Positions 37,859-52,111 of a DNA stretch of 64,000 nt are shown piece by piece. A program made the position numbers and the translations under genes. The DNA is from Caerostris darwini (taxonomy: Eukaryota): assembly GCA_021605075.1 (NCBI GenBank), contig BPLQ01011166.1, positions 407,264 to 471,263 on the forward strand, written 5' to 3'. Position 1 is the first letter of the stretch; every line of letters begins with the position of its first letter. The notes under the pieces are model-generated. The model made no database searches. It worked only from the letters and a program-made list of their open reading frames with translations, and was not told the origin of the DNA.

Positions 37859-39067
37859 ATATAAAACACAGAGAACAGAGTAGAAGAGTATAGAAGAGAG
37901 TTTATTTTTAAAAACTTTTACACATATGAACAGTTTAAAGAGATATAAATGCTTAACAAAATTAATGTTATAAACAAATATATATGTATAAATCTTTTAA
38001 AAACACATATTAATTTTATAAAACCCAGTTTACTTAAAAGTAACAACTATAAAATATGCAATAAAATAGAAAATATACATTAAGAAGTTATAAAAATTTA
38101 AAGAACTTGAATTAATAGAATAATCTATATAAACAAGCTCACTCATAACTTGGGTTAAATAAAGCATTAACTTAAGATATGTTATGACTCTACAGAAAAA
38201 ATATATATATTTATATGGATTACAAATTTGTCTTTGCATAACTGGTATCACTTAAAATAGTTGACTCATATGCACTTGGAAATTGCACTGTTCTTAAGTT
38301 AGTTGCAGTATTGTTTTCAAGGGTTTCCTCACGTACTTTGCCAGAAAAAAATAGATCCAAGAATTCAATATATCATTATTATCTCCCATAACTAAATTAA
38401 TATAATGATTATTTAAAAAAAAATATATTATTAACCAACCTATTAGCAGAATTTCAGAAGCAAAATACTAAAGTGCAAATACTTCCTATATTGAAGAAAA
38501 ACTATAACTAAAATATTCTTTGACTTAGAAAATCTATGCTATTACTTAATATTTTTATTAATTATATAGTTAATAAAATAAAGGATAGTACTTTTTTTTT
38601 ACAAAATGGTTTCCATATTTTTTAGAAAGAAGAAATTTGATTATAAAATAGAATCTTAGTACTGTAATTTCTTGCCTATAATCTGCAGTCATAATTTTTG
38701 GAGGTTAAATGAAAATATCAGATGATTGATTATTATTATTACTACTATGAATCCCTTGTGATTAGAAATTAATTGAATTATAATTGTTCAAAACAGTTCA
38801 AAATATCAATTAATCAAATGCTGCAGTTATCCTGTTTTAATTTGAAAAATTAAAACAGGATAAACTAAAAAAAAAATTTTTAATTAAATTAAACTATAAA
38901 AAAAAATTAACAGGATTTACTCGAGAAAACAGTAAGCTGTTAAAATATCATTAGATTTCGATTGTTAGAAGGCTTATCAGATGTTATTGGAAAAAATTAA
39001 AGAACTTTTACAACTAAATAAGCATAGTTCTAACTATGTACTTCTACAGAAAAAATGAAAGACGAAG

Positions 39068-39070
<3 letters not shown>

Positions 39071-39104
<34 letters not shown>

Positions 39105-39110
39105 AAAAAA
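39071..39110. repeat. (CA)n microsatellite followed by an A-run
   Basis: acacacacacacacacacacacacacaaaaaaaaaaa. Confidence 0.9.
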
Positions 39111-42100
39111 GCTATTTTAGCCCACAAATTAAAAGAGATAATTTTGTTAATAGAAAGAAAAAATAGTTTCTTCGTCGACGCTAATTTGCAATCTGCAAGT
39201 TCAAAATGCCCTATTTGAAGCTGAAGAAACTTCGCGGGGAAATTTAAGATTGGTTGGCATTTCGTATTTGCAGTTTTGTGGTTCCTTGTTCTCAAAAATT
39301 GACGATCGTGACACTGATGAAATCGACAAGTTCTAGAGCGTGATGCAAGCGACTATTCTGAATTCCAGGGTACAAGAATTAGATGAAGGCTTTTTACCAT
39401 TCTATGAAAATTATGGAAAAGTAATTTATTTTTTGAAATCTCGGCTCGGTAGGGATGATCTATTATTTGATTATTATGTCCGGAAACTTACTTAGATAAT
39501 CTGAAAAAAAAGAAAAAGAAGAAAAAAGTGAGGCTATTGACAGTTTATAACCATATTAAAATTCAGCTAAGATTATTAGAAACCCTTGGTTTTACTACAG
39601 AAAAATAAATCATGTTATTTCCACTCTTAGAATCCTGTTTGAATGAGAGCCAGACAGAGAAATAAATCTATAAGAAAAATTGGAAATAAAGGAGATCTGA
39701 TGATCGATCAGTGCAGAAAAAGGATCTCGATTAGAGAGTCTAATAAAATTTCTGAAGAACAAAGTTGAAAATGAAGACATGGTGGCCTTCCCATGAAAGG
39801 CTTCTCGTTGGGGAAAAAAAAAAATACAAGGAGTGCCAGAGGAAAAAGAGGCTACAAGCCGAATCAATGGTTGCAGATCTGTTTTCAGAAATAGAAACCT
39901 GTGATAAAGAAAACATGATTCAAACTATTGCCATTAGCTCATAACTTGGATTTAAGGGAATAAATAATGCGATTAAAGAAATGAGGACGTTCCAACAGAT
40001 GTTTCAGTATCGGTCTCGTGCCAGAGGAATGCGAAGTCAGAGTCTGGTTAGAGAACTGCGACCAAAGACATCTTATAATGATGGAAAGACAGTTGGATCT
40101 TCCATTTCTAAAAAACAGCTTTGACAACAAGGTGAAATGTTCCAATACATTGTTCAATCTAACATATTCTATGTTTTACTACAAACTCTGGTTGTGCTTC
40201 TTCGAGTTGAAAATGAAGATTTTGCAGATATTTTGATATCGAAAGTCAAAAATCGTATATTACGAAAGAAACAGTCGCGAAGATGAAATATCTTGTTAAA
40301 AGAAGAAAGCCTTTATATTTTGTTTGGAGGAGAAAATTTTTGTAAGTGATTTGGTTGAATACTCTTAGAAAGATCATCAAACAGTTCAAACTCTGTAAGC
40401 AGTATCCTGATAGTAACAAACTTACTTGTTGAATTTAATTTAATTAATGCCATTAGTGACTTGTAGAAGTTAGAAGCCCTGTCCAAAGAAAGGCTGATAC
40501 TTTGGAGTATTCATCAAGATACTTTGGAGTATTTTCGAGACACTAATGATCAATGAGGAAGGCAGGTACAAGGTTCCTTTACTTTGGGTAATAGAACCCT
40601 CTCATTCACACGGTTTTTTTTGACAACGAACAAATAGCTGAAACACACCTTATTTCTAAATTTGCGAAACAGAACTGTAAGGTAGTTTTATTACGAGAAC
40701 TCAGCACTTCCCACACCTTTTGGCACTGGTTCTTATACATTATAGGAATTTACATATGCATGGTCTAGATGTTACCAGATATAAATTAATTAAATAAAAA
40801 CTTACAAAAAAAAAAAGACTCGTTTCATTCAATAAACTGGGTTCGATAAATATTGGATTCAAACACGGAAGTTTCATTTATGGGGCAATATTAACTGGTT
40901 GGAAAGACGGAGTATTTTCAATTAATTTTTTTAATGCTTCTGAAAAAAATAAAATGCAAATTTTAGGCAGGTGCAATAATCTCCACCCAAAAAATTATAC
41001 TATTTTAAGAATAATTTATGAGTTATAGGCAAAAAATTGACAGTACAAAATATTTTCATTACTCGGACATCTTAAATGTTTTATCCTTATTTTATTCACT
41101 ATTTCCATAATTAATAAATTATATTAATTAATGGTCTTAAATAATTGAGCACAATATGAAATATCTTTAATAATTATAAAGATTATTTAATAGAAGATTG
41201 GCAAGACATGTGAATTTAATTTTTAGAAAATTTAAATAAATTTAATTCATTCATTGCGGGAGACATTTCATATTAAATACTTATCACAAAATCATATTTG
41301 TTAAATGTCAGTCAGAAATATTACCTTTATTTCTAAAATTAAAAGATGAAGTTAATTTAAGTTGAATCCAAGTATCTTCGTTTTCTTGCTTTACAGTGAC
41401 ACCCTTTAAACCAATATGAAAATATTGATTGGATGAAAGAGTAGCGCAAGTCGAATCGGTTCCAACTAAAATATCATATAATATTATATTAAAATAATTT
41501 TACAATACTAAAATATTTTAAAATCTTTTAAGGTTTGTATAAACATTATTCATGTATAATTTGATAAAAATATTAATTATTTATATTATTTTCTCCATAA
41601 AGCTCTTTATTTTCTAAAAAATCTCATCACTACTTTTGACTTCTTTGAAGAAAATATTTACAAAAATCTCACAAAGTGTAATATCAAGTTGAATAACTAC
41701 AAGTACAATGACAAGTAATGACAATATTGTCACTATTCTTCCAGTTAATCAGATTCAGTCTTCAGTCAGATTGCAATTTTTTATTCTTCCTTGTATAAGT
41801 TTGGATCATATGTGCATTTTAAATTTAACCTGGTTGTTTCATTAATTTAACCTTACAAATGGATGAGTACATTTACAAACTGCTATACATCACATCAATC
41901 ATGAAAACAGTTAAAGGTCTCTTTAGGGCTAAGCTATTCAGTAAACTATCATAAATAAAAAAAATTATTTAAATAGCAGCTAGTTAGAAAATAATAATAT
42001 TGAATGGCAAAATAAAATTAATATAATTTACATTTAAAATTAATAAAATCTTTTTTCCATAAACTTATTTAAGTATATTTTTCATTAAGTTACTTGTTAA

Positions 42101-45100
42101 AGGCATTCGTACAATTTAATGTATTTCAGAGTTTTTGCTATCTTAAAATACAAAAAATACCATATTTTCTTTTCTATCTTTAAATTTCTATATACAGGAA
42201 CACTTTCAATTCAATATATTTTAGCATTAGTAAATTAGACATGTTATGTAAAACAGATATATTAATTCTGCTTATATTGTTATTGATGTAAAAAAATATT
42301 AATTTTAATATTGCTAAAAAATGCTTTGTTTTAGCTACTTGTTTTTTGTTTTTTTTTCAAATTTCAAAGAATAAATTAAATTATTAACAAATTATTAAAA
42401 ATTTAACAATTAAATTATACAAATAATAATAAAAAATTGTCACAAAGGATAAATTGAAAAATTTGTTAATTTCCCAGCTAAAATTTGCTAACAAATTAAA
42501 ACCACTACAAAAAGTATAATGAATTCATCCACTAGCTATTAAAAAAAAAAAACACATATACAAATTATATTCATATGCAAATAATAAAAAAAGGCACAAA
42601 ACTAAAACTTTATTATTATTATGTTAAATGCACATAAAAAATAATATTGTAAAATGAAACAGCATTCATCACAATTACTATAAATTGATTTATTTTTATG
42701 TTTTCAACTCTCATGAAAGTAGATTTAGCTTGCGCCCATAAGAATAAATTAATTTATATTTTCGAAAAATTTATCAAATTAGAAAATATTTTACAATTCT
42801 TTAAAAATTAAAAAATATTACCAAGCATAGGGCATACAGGTGATACTGCACATTCAATTGTTGTTGAGTTTATGACCTACAAGCAAATTCAAAAAGTAAT
42901 TAATACAATATATCCTACACATTTAATAAAAACTATATTTATACAGCTACATATAGCATTTATTACAGTTATATGCAAATATTTATAAATTCCATTATGT
43001 TACAAGGATATTAAACATTTTGTCCTCTCTAAGAAATGTGACAATGTAAAAGTGTATTATATAGAATGTGTATTATAAAGATTAAAATGTGTATTATAAA
43101 GATTTATCCTAAAATAAATCCTAAGTCCAGTCAAATTTAAACAGGAAACTTTTTAGATAAACATTTATCTAAACCATCAATGAAAAATTAGTAATTTTTA
43201 GCTTATTATAGATGTAAAAACAAATTTTTTAACTAATTTGTTTTTAAGGATTTTGAAAATTCTGTTCTATATTTATTTTATTGAATATTTTCAATTAAAA
43301 TAAGTTCTTGCTGTTTCTTAAAAAATAAAATGTCAGTTATGCTATTTTAAAAATATATATATAAGCCCCTTTTTTATGCAATTTTTTTTTACACAAATTT
43401 AGAGTTATAAAATTGAGATATAAAAAAAAATATATATATATATCCCTAATTTTTATTAAATTTTACACAGTTAACCCAAAGTTCGATTTAAAAAATATTG
43501 AAATTTTGCAGAAGTGCATTCTGTTTCAATTAAAAAAATTCAAAATACTCAAATTGCATAACTGACTGCATAGTGGTGTCTGTAATAAGATTAGTCAGTA
43601 TTTTTTTATTTCAATGTGAATTTTTTTACTACTTAAATTTTAAGAATGTATCAATTGTGAAAAAAAAGACTTAGGTGTACTAAAAATGTATTCTCATTCA
43701 GTATTGCTAAGAAATATGGTTAATATGATAAATAATATTTTAGACATTTATTGGAACTTTGCATTAACCTAATTGTATAAATTTTTTTTTTTTTTTAATA
43801 TTAGCATTTTGCATTACCTAATTTTTTTTTTTTTTTTTTTTTTTTATCCTGCTCAAGAATTCAATAGATTTTGCAGGCATAATTGCTTACTAAAAGAATA
43901 AATTTAAAATCATAAAATTAAAACTTTTTTGTAAAAACAACAAATCTATGACAGTTGAAAAAGGTGTGATTAAACAGTTATTAATTATAATTACAGCAAA
44001 CTTAACAGAAATGTCTATGCAGGACAGTTTAATTGATTTGATCAATCTTTTACAATATTTCTATAAAATATTGTACTTTGTAAATTATTTGCCACTGAGT
44101 TTTTCATTGCAACAAGTTAATTTATTATTTTTTTTTCTTTTAAAATTATTTAGAAGCAATAAGAGATGGTAACAATTGGGTTGTAGTTAGCCACAATTCT
44201 TCCAAACAAAATGTGGTAATTTTTCTATTTGTCAGAGATATTTTGAAGGAAATATAATTTTTATTTTTAAAATACTTGCTAAAAACAAGATTAAAGATTT
44301 TGTTTCTCACAATAAAATACACAAAGAAAACTTTCATTTAGATATCTGTAAGCATAATTTTTTTTTCTTTTTGTTAGTCTTGATATATTGTCCTTCATTT
44401 TAATGTACATTCATTGACTTTTTAGGGAAAAAAAGTTACACAACCTTAAAAGTCACTTGTAACATTATGTTTTTTCTTTGTCTCTTAATAAAATGAGCAA
44501 CTATGTTACTACTTTAAAAAAAATAATAAAAAAGACAAAACCATAATGTTATAGAAAAGAAAATTTCATACATGTATGCATTATTTCGGTTATTTTGACG
44601 GTTTAGCTGCAGAATATTGCTTTTAGGTAGCAGGAAATAAAAAGACTTTCATATGAAAAAAAAAAAAAAAAAGCCTTAAAAACAGCTACTAAAATACAAT
44701 CAAATGTTTCAGAACAAGATTCATTATCTAATTAAGAAAATTCATTCTTGTTTTAAAAAAATTACGACATATATAAAAAATTAATTTCTTAAAAATAAGA
44801 AGAATGCTATGACATACAAATGATGATTTCAGAGTGATACCAAATGCATTGATTTAAAAGCACCTTTCTGAGCAGAATTGCTAGCTATATAAATATAAAA
44901 TTATAAAGAAATGTATTATTGTAATGTGTTCTTGTCTGTCAGGAGTAAACATTTGATCAGAATTACTATGCTTTTGTAGATTTCAAAAGACAACATATTA
45001 ATAAGTTCAAAAATGGGCAAATACTTAGATGCAATTTCAAGAATAAGGAATTTTTTTATTGTGAAGTTATGGCATCAGCAAGCCTTATTGTATAAAAATG

Positions 45101-46454
45101 AAGAGTATGAAAGTAATAAGCTAAAAAGAACTAGACGAGACTCCAACCTGGCAGTAGACCATTAAATATGATATCAACATAGGATGAGATACCTCATTTG
45201 CATGACAGTAAAAGATCAAACAGTTGCATCTTAACTATTGGCACAATGTTTGAGCTCTGCTACATGCATCTAAATATTGGCTACCACATTTTACAGGCAT
45301 TAATTGAATTCACTTATTCCAGGATTTGCCCGACACAAAATCAGCATCAAATTCATCATCAGCCAGCATCAAATTAGACAAATTCTAAACGTGATGATCT
45401 TTTGGATATCAAGAGCAGTCAGAGTTACTCAGATATTTCAATCATCTATATCTATAGGGGCATTGATTTACATGCTTAAAAAATAAGAGAGAAATTATGC
45501 AATAAAATTAAGTAATCAAGTAAGGAATTCAAAGGCAATCTCTTCTTCTGATAGTGCAACAAACAATAAAAATTAATCAAATGATTTCATCGAAATAAAT
45601 GTGTTTATAAAAAGCATGAATAACTGTTACTAATTAATATATAAAAATTATTACAGGAGAAATTTTATTTATGCTTTTTAAGCCCCAAGTTATATTTTAT
45701 TATTTTTTTTCATTTTAATTTGTAAAATACTCATTAATTTTCCAGAATTAGTTTTTATTTTGCTTCAAGAACATTACACTTGATATAAATAATTTTAAAA
45801 AATCTGAAGAAAATTTATAACTACTTTAATTGCAATGGCAGTTAATTGTATGTTTGTAATTAAGTGAAATTTCATACAGAGATTGGCAGATGTTCATTCA
45901 CACAGCCAGGATATAAATCACAGCCACTTTCTTGAATTACAATAGAATGTATTCCAGTGTTTCCAATTAAAAAATAAAACCACAATATATATGAAATAAA
46001 CATAATAAAAATTCATTCAATTTTACAACTTAGTTTAGCATAACGTAGGAAAAAAATAATAAATAAATAAACTTCAACATAATGTGCAATAATCAATGGT
46101 TGCAAACAGAAAAAAGATAACTTGACTTTTAGATAATGCTCAGCTTTATATGTTTTATCTCAAATTACTGATAAATAAGGGGAAAAAAAAGAAAGAAAGA
46201 TTACGAATTTATAGATCGCAAAATGAAATACATATATATATATATGAAAAAGTTTTATTTATAATTCAACAAGAATTCTATACAAGAAATGTGTCGCACC
46301 ACAATTAGAAATTTTCAGCATTTGACATCAAAACAATTTTTGAACTAAATTAAATTTTTTTGTTATGGCATTTTGTATCAATAAAACAACCAGAAATTTG
46401 CATTATGAAATATCAACATGATGCAAATTATATGATGACTTTAATGTGATCATA

Positions 46455-46640
46455 CAATAGTGAGACTTGCGGTGAGCATGACTGTTTGGCGAGCCATCTG
46501 CATCCCATTGGCATTTTGGATAGCCCAAATTGCCCGCCCTGTGGAAAAGACGAGATCATCTACAGATACCACATAGTAGAATGATCGGCCTTGAGTGTTC
46601 CTTCGAGGTGAAAAGATATTGGAGCACTAGAACTTTGCTG
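46455..46640 (+). mobile_element. Orphan 3' fragment of a non-LTR retrotransposon ORF2 (C-terminal Cys/His motif), 5'-truncated
   Basis: Plus-frame translation reads …ETCGEHDCLASHLHPIGILDSPNCPPCGKDEIIYRYHIVE*. This is the characteristic HL..IG...SP.C..CG..E...H C-terminal motif of insect LINE ORF2. Confidence 0.5.
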
Positions 46641-47898
46641 ATGAGACAATAAGTTTTTTTCTTATTATTTTCTTTTTACCTGTATGTGTCTTGCACTGTT
46701 TTGATGCCGTAAGAATTTGTCATTTTCTCTTACCATAGGAAATAATGATAAAAAAAACAAGTATTATAAAAAAAAAATTTAAAGTCAATTCCTACTTTTT
46801 TTTCACTATATTGCAGAAAGTCCTTTATAAATACAAAGGACTACACAAAGTTCGTAACCTTCCTCAACTTAAAGATTTCATTAAATACACTTCTCATAAA
46901 TTCTTCAATAGCCTCAATTTTCATGAGAATACTTCAATTCAGAATGTAGATTACTACTTTCAACACTGTAATATTAAAAAACGTTATCAAATTTCATTTG
47001 GTATTTGTTTTAATTTGTATTTATAAAAATTTTACTTGATATTTGTATAGATTTTAATTTCAGATTTAAAAAAAAAAATTTTATTTGTATTTATATTTTC
47101 TGGTTAATAAATTCTGGTCAATTTTTCATGCTCTGTCACTTTAAACCTACAATTACAGGATATGAAGCCCTTTGTGGCTGGCATACTCCAGGATAATTAA
47201 TTAACTACCTGCATCTGGTCCTTATTTGGCAAGTCAGTAAAGGTCCTAACGACTTTACCGAACCCCAACTATAGAAATAGCCTTAAGGAATTCATATCTC
47301 CATGAAGATTGTAATTAACAATCTTAAGCAAGTGCACAGCAGGAAAGCAATGTCTCCTTCTATTCAACACCATGATTTCAGAGATACCACTACAAAAAAG
47401 CATTTAGTACGAAGTAGTCAAAACTTTTCGCTAGTATAGATTGAGGATTCAATTCACACCGAAAATAAATTTGAAAATTTAGTAGAAAAAAAATTAACAT
47501 GGATGAGAAAATCCCTCCCAGACCACTCGTCAGATTACCGCCCATGATGATCCATCAAAATGGCCATCTCAAAGAAACCCGGAAGCTTATCGAGGGAGAA
47601 TTAAAGAAAATTGGGTCTAAGCTTTCCCGTTATCATACGAAATGTTTCCCTGAAACAGAGTCAAGAAATAAAGCTTTGATCACCTTCCTGAAAAAGAAGA
47701 AAATCTATTATTTCCACATCACGCCTAAATATAATAGATTCAATTAAAGCAGTTTTCAAAGCACTGAATGAGCACTGTTGATATCGAAGATTCATTCTAC
47801 TCCCTGGAATTCATACAAAGTTCGGCCAACTTAAAAACTCATTTAAATCTGGCAACTCATTTTCTCAAGGAGTGACAAAGTCAAAGGTAGTTTTGGTT

Positions 47899-48109
47899 TG
47901 TAGCGACACCTATTGATGTAAAATGGAATACAAATTGAACGACTTCTACTTTCACTGTTAAAAAGGGAATTTTCCCGCTAGAATAAAAATAGAACGTAGT
48001 AAGCGTTCGAAGTAGAATAAACATGTCGTAATTGTGGAAATTGATTATCGTCTTTTATTTTGCCGTCTGGATTTTAATAACACTACGCAACCTTTACAAT
48101 ACCGCCACA
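47899..48109 (+). repeat. 5' LTR (211 bp, TG…CA)
   Basis: Identical to 52302-52512. Confidence 0.9.
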
Positions 48110-48350
48110 TACTTGGTGACCCGTGAATTGTTTGCAAACAGTGAATTATTTACAAAATGAATGAATCTAATGAATCGGCGAAAAAAGATGAAGTAGCGCG
48201 GGTAAGTGTCAAAATACCTCCTTTTGGGCTGAAAAACCAGAAATATGGTTCTTTCAAGTTGAAGCACAGTTTTCAATTTGTGGAATAACAGCCGAGGATA
48301 CAAAATTCAACTACTTAGTTTCGCAATTAGAACCGAAGTTTGTTGAAAGT

Positions 48351-49571
48351 TTGTGGGACATTATAAGTGATGATAATAGAACAAAATATACCGCTGCTAA
48401 AACACGATTGCTGAATACTTTTAAAGAAAGCGAAAATAAGCGTCTTCAGAGACTGCTGACAGGACTTGACTTGGGAGATCTTAAACCTAGTCAACTTTTA
48501 CAAAAAATGAGAAATCTGGCTACTGATGGAATTACTGACAAGATACTAACAACATTATTTCTACAAAAAATGCCTGATTCTGTAAGGAATATTTTACTAG
48601 TCAGTGATGAAAAAATTGAAAAACTGGCATTAATGGCGGATCGTATTCTTGAAATGCAACCAAAACAAGAACTTTACCGCGTAAGCAATGTTTCATCAGG
48701 ATCAGATGCCATGACTGAGTTACAACAACAAATTACATCTTTGGAAAATAAACTTGAAAAACTGAGTGTCACAAGGAACTCTCGTTCCCAAACAACAAAT
48801 AGAGGTCGATACTCTTCTTCTCATCGAAGTCAGTCTCGCAATCACTCTTATAATCCTTCAGGCAAATACTGTTATTACCATTTCCGTTTTCGAGAAAAAT
48901 GTTTTCCTGATAAATGCAAAGCTCCATGTGCATGGCAAAAACAATCCTTCGGAAAATCAGAATCAGCAACAGAATTAACGGCAGACTCTGCTGCTGAAAA
49001 TACAAAACATTGCCGTCAATACCGTCTATTTGTCAACGACAAAAAAACGGGTTTACGCTTTTTGGTTGATAGTGGAGCGGACGTAAGTCTTATTCCTTAT
49101 ACTTCTAAACACAAATTTATTAGTGACTATAAATTATATGCTGCAAATAATACTGCAATCGATACTTTTGGTACAGAAATTTTAAATCTTGATCTAGGTT
49201 TACGCCGAGAATTTCAATTCCCATTTATTGTGGCCAAAATTAGTAAACCTATACTAGGTGCAGATTTTTTAAATAAGTTCAATTTATTAATTGATATAAA
49301 GCATAAAAGATTAATTGATGGTGTAACTAACCTTGCAGTTTATGGTAACATTGCACCCATCTCTATTAATGAAAGTGTAAATACAACGAGCAGCTTATGT
49401 AAATATTCTGATTTATTTTCTATGTATCCCAATATAACAAAACCAAATTTTCTTGTTTCAAATGTTAAACATAATGTAAAACATCATATTATAACTAAAG
49501 GACAACCTATAAATTGTAAAGCAAGACAATTAGATCCAAAACGGTTGGAAATAGCTAAAAAGAGAATTTAA
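48351..49571 (+). CDS. gag-protease polyprotein (406 aa): Cys/His knuckle CYYHFRFREKCFPDKCKAPC, aspartic protease LVDSGADVS
   Basis: Intact ORF. The D-S-G-A protease motif is read directly. The C-terminus …HHIITKGQPINCKARQLDPKRLEIAKK runs on, after a +1 shift, into RT (EFKYMLDNNIISPSSSEWASP…). Confidence 0.85.
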   Translation: MWDIISDDNRTKYTAAKTRLLNTFKESENKRLQRLLTGLDLGDLKPSQLLQKMRNLATDGITDKILTTLFLQKMPDSVRNILLVSDEKIEKLALMADRILEMQPKQELYRVSNVSSGSDAMTELQQQITSLENKLEKLSVTRNSRSQTTNRGRYSSSHRSQSRNHSYNPSGKYCYYHFRFREKCFPDKCKAPCAWQKQSFGKSESATELTADSAAENTKHCRQYRLFVNDKKTGLRFLVDSGADVSLIPYTSKHKFISDYKLYAANNTAIDTFGTEILNLDLGLRREFQFPFIVAKISKPILGADFLNKFNLLIDIKHKRLIDGVTNLAVYGNIAPISINESVNTTSSLCKYSDLFSMYPNITKPNFLVSNVKHNVKHHIITKGQPINCKARQLDPKRLEIAKKRI

Positions 49572-49575
49572 ATAT

Positions 49576-50973
49576 ATGCTAGACAATAACATTATTAGTC
49601 CATCTAGCTCAGAATGGGCAAGTCCATTACATATAGTAACAAAGAAAGATGGTTCTTTTCGTCCATGTGGTGATTATAGAAGATTGAATGATTTAACTAT
49701 ACCTGATAGATATAACATACCTCGAATCCAGGATTTTCAACATATTTTAACTAATAAAACTATATTTTCTAAAATTGACATTACTAAAGCATATTATCAC
49801 ATTCCTGTAGCAGATGAAGATAAGGCAAAAACTGCCATCATCACACCTTTTGGACTTTATCAATTCAATGTGATGAGTTTTGGTCTCAAAAATGCCCCTG
49901 CAACATTTCAAAGGTTTATAAATGAAGTTCTTTATGGTCTAGACTTTGTGTTTCCATACTTAGATGATGTGTTGATCGCCTCTTCTTGCGAGGAAGAACA
50001 TCGTTCACATCTTAAAATAGTTTTCCAGCGTTTAGATAAATATGGTCTACGGATTAATATTAGCAAATCAGTTTTGGGAGTACCTGTAATAGATTTTTAG
50101 GCTATCAAATATCTGCGGAAGGTTCACTACCTCAACCTCAAAAGATCAAAGCTATCATAGAATATCCATTGCCAGAAACTATGCACGAATTACGTTCCTT
50201 CTTAGGAATGATCAATTTTTATCGTAATTATATAAATAATGCCGCAAAAACTCAAGCCCCTCTACATGAACTTTTGAAAGGATCTACAAAAAAAAGATCG
50301 ACGCAAAATACCATGGACCGATGAAACTAGACAAAGTTTTGAAAAATGCAAACAAGATGTTGCTCAAATAGCGTTAATGGCATATCCCAACTCGGATTAC
50401 CCTCTGGCACTTCTCACAGATGCATCTGATTGGGCTATTGGATCAGTTATTCAACAAAAAGAACCAAATGGATGGAAGCCAATTGCATTTTTCTAAAAAA
50501 CTTAATGATGCTCAGAAAAATTACAGCGTTTATGACCGTGAACTTTTGGGTATATATTTATCCATTAAACATTTTAAGCATTTACTTGAAGGTCGAGATT
50601 TTGATATTTATACTGATCATAAACCGTTAATATTTGCTTTTAAGCAAAACAATGATAAAGCCTCCCCAGACAACTCAGACATCTACAATATATCTCACAA
50701 TTCTCTACTAACCTATACCATATCAGTGGTCGAAACAATGTGGTAGCAGACAGACTGTCTAGAATTGAGGACATCGATTCACCTATTGTCGATTATGACT
50801 TGATAGCTGATGCACAAATTAATGATGATGAACTGCAACAATTGAAATTACATTCCAAATCATTACATTTTAAAGAACACCAATTGCCATCAGGAAAGCT
50901 CTTGTATTGTGATACCTCTACTTCCAGTATCAGACCATTCATACCAAAAAAATTTTCGAATGACAATATTTAA
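49576..50973 (+). pseudogene. pol RT-RNaseH region, recognisable but split over 5 frames by frameshifts located in homopolymer runs
   Basis: RT reads …FSKIDITKAYYHIPV…TPFGLYQFNVMSFGLKNAPATFQRF…YLDDVLIAS…GVPVIDF|LGYQISAEG…RSFLGMINFYRNYI… and RH reads …LTDASDWAIGSVIQQ…PIAFF|SKKLNDAQKNYSVYDRELLGIYLSIKHFKHLLEGRDFDIYTDHKPL…DKAS|PRQLRHLQYISQFSTNLYHISGRNNVVADRLSRIE…. Shifts fall at T5 (about 50095), A8 (about 50285), T5/A6 (about 50485), C5 (about 50660) and A7T4 (about 50945). Confidence 0.8.
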
Positions 50974-52111
50974 TACAATTCACAGTTTATCTCATTCTGG
51001 AATTCGAACTACTGTAAAAGAAATAACTAAAAGATTCATTTGGCCAAATATGAAAAAAGATGTTAAACAGTGGACTCAAACTTGCATCAACTGTCAGAAA
51101 AATAAAATAACTAAACATACAAAATCAGAATATTCACAATTTCAAGCACCAGATGAGAGATTTAGTGTCGTTCATATAGATTTAATTGGACCTTATTCAC
51201 CTTCTAATGGATACACATACTGCTTGACGTGTATTGATCGGTTTACCTCTTGGATGGAAGTGGTACCGTTATCAAATATCACTGCAGAAAGTATAGCAAA
51301 AGCTTTTTATGAGCATTGGATTACCCGATTTGGTGTACCTACTTGTGTTATTACTGACAAAGGCACTCAATTTATTTCAGAACTATTTCGAAGTTTAGCT
51401 GCGCTATGTGGTGTTAAAGTAAACCATACGTGTTCTTACCATCCTCAGAGTAATGGAAAAGTTGAACGTCTTCACCGTACCTTGAAAACAGCTATTAGAT
51501 GTCATAACAACGTTCGTTGGACGGACACATTACCAACGGTTCTTATGGGTTTGCGAGCTGCTCTACATGAGGACTCTAAGTATACAATAGCTGAAATGGT
51601 TTATGGCAAAACTATTAAACTACCAGGCGAATTCTTTGAAGAATCCAGATTGCCAATATCTGATGATAATTTCGTAAGTAATCTCAGAAAACAGATGGCT
51701 GACTTAAAACCATACCAATCCAAAAACAAATGTAAACAAAAGATCTTCATTCCAAAAGATTTGTACACATGCTCACATGTGTTTCTGCGAATTGACAGAG
51801 TCAAAAAACCATTAGAACCCCCATATGAAGGACCCTATTTGGTATTGCAAAGATCCCCGAAAAACTTTCTTCTATCAATTAAAAATAAACAAGTTAATAT
51901 TTCAGTGGATAGATTAAAACCGGCATATGTGTTACAACCTAATGAACTTCTGAATCCAACATTATCAAATGATCATACATCTCTGCCGAGTGAACAAACA
52001 TTTATACCAAGTCAGCAAGTTGCACAACCAAATACAACAACACGTTGTGGAAGACAAGTAAAACTTCCTGTTCGTTTCAATGACATTATTGACTTTTCTT
52101 CAAATTTATAA
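50909..52111 (+). CDS. Integrase (HHCC zinc finger + DDE core), intact from the shift point
   Basis: HSLSHSGIRTT…CINCQKNK; D in HIDLIGP, D in CVITDKGTQF, E in SNGKVERLHRTLK; GPYSPSNGYTYCLTCIDRFTSWMEVVPL and SYHPQSNGKVER are typical gypsy integrase strings. Confidence 0.85.
   Translation: MIPLLPVSDHSYQKNFRMTIFNTIHSLSHSGIRTTVKEITKRFIWPNMKKDVKQWTQTCINCQKNKITKHTKSEYSQFQAPDERFSVVHIDLIGPYSPSNGYTYCLTCIDRFTSWMEVVPLSNITAESIAKAFYEHWITRFGVPTCVITDKGTQFISELFRSLAALCGVKVNHTCSYHPQSNGKVERLHRTLKTAIRCHNNVRWTDTLPTVLMGLRAALHEDSKYTIAEMVYGKTIKLPGEFFEESRLPISDDNFVSNLRKQMADLKPYQSKNKCKQKIFIPKDLYTCSHVFLRIDRVKKPLEPPYEGPYLVLQRSPKNFLLSIKNKQVNISVDRLKPAYVLQPNELLNPTLSNDHTSLPSEQTFIPSQQVAQPNTTTRCGRQVKLPVRFNDIIDFSSNL

Noticed and set aside
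39230-40330. Possible degraded coding remnant (gag-like?) spanning ORFs 39610-39867, 39939-40157 and 40018-40236
   Set aside because: Only short, mutually overlapping frames on both strands with many stops, and no diagnostic motif. It cannot be assigned to any family from sequence alone.
49555-49580. Programmed -1 ribosomal frameshift at the gag-PR/RT junction (A-rich GCTAAAAAGAG)
   Set aside because: RT is in the +1, not -1, frame relative to gag-PR, and the heptamer is not in X_XXY_YYZ register. Five more shifts inside pol, all in homopolymers, make an indel artefact or mutation the likelier explanation.
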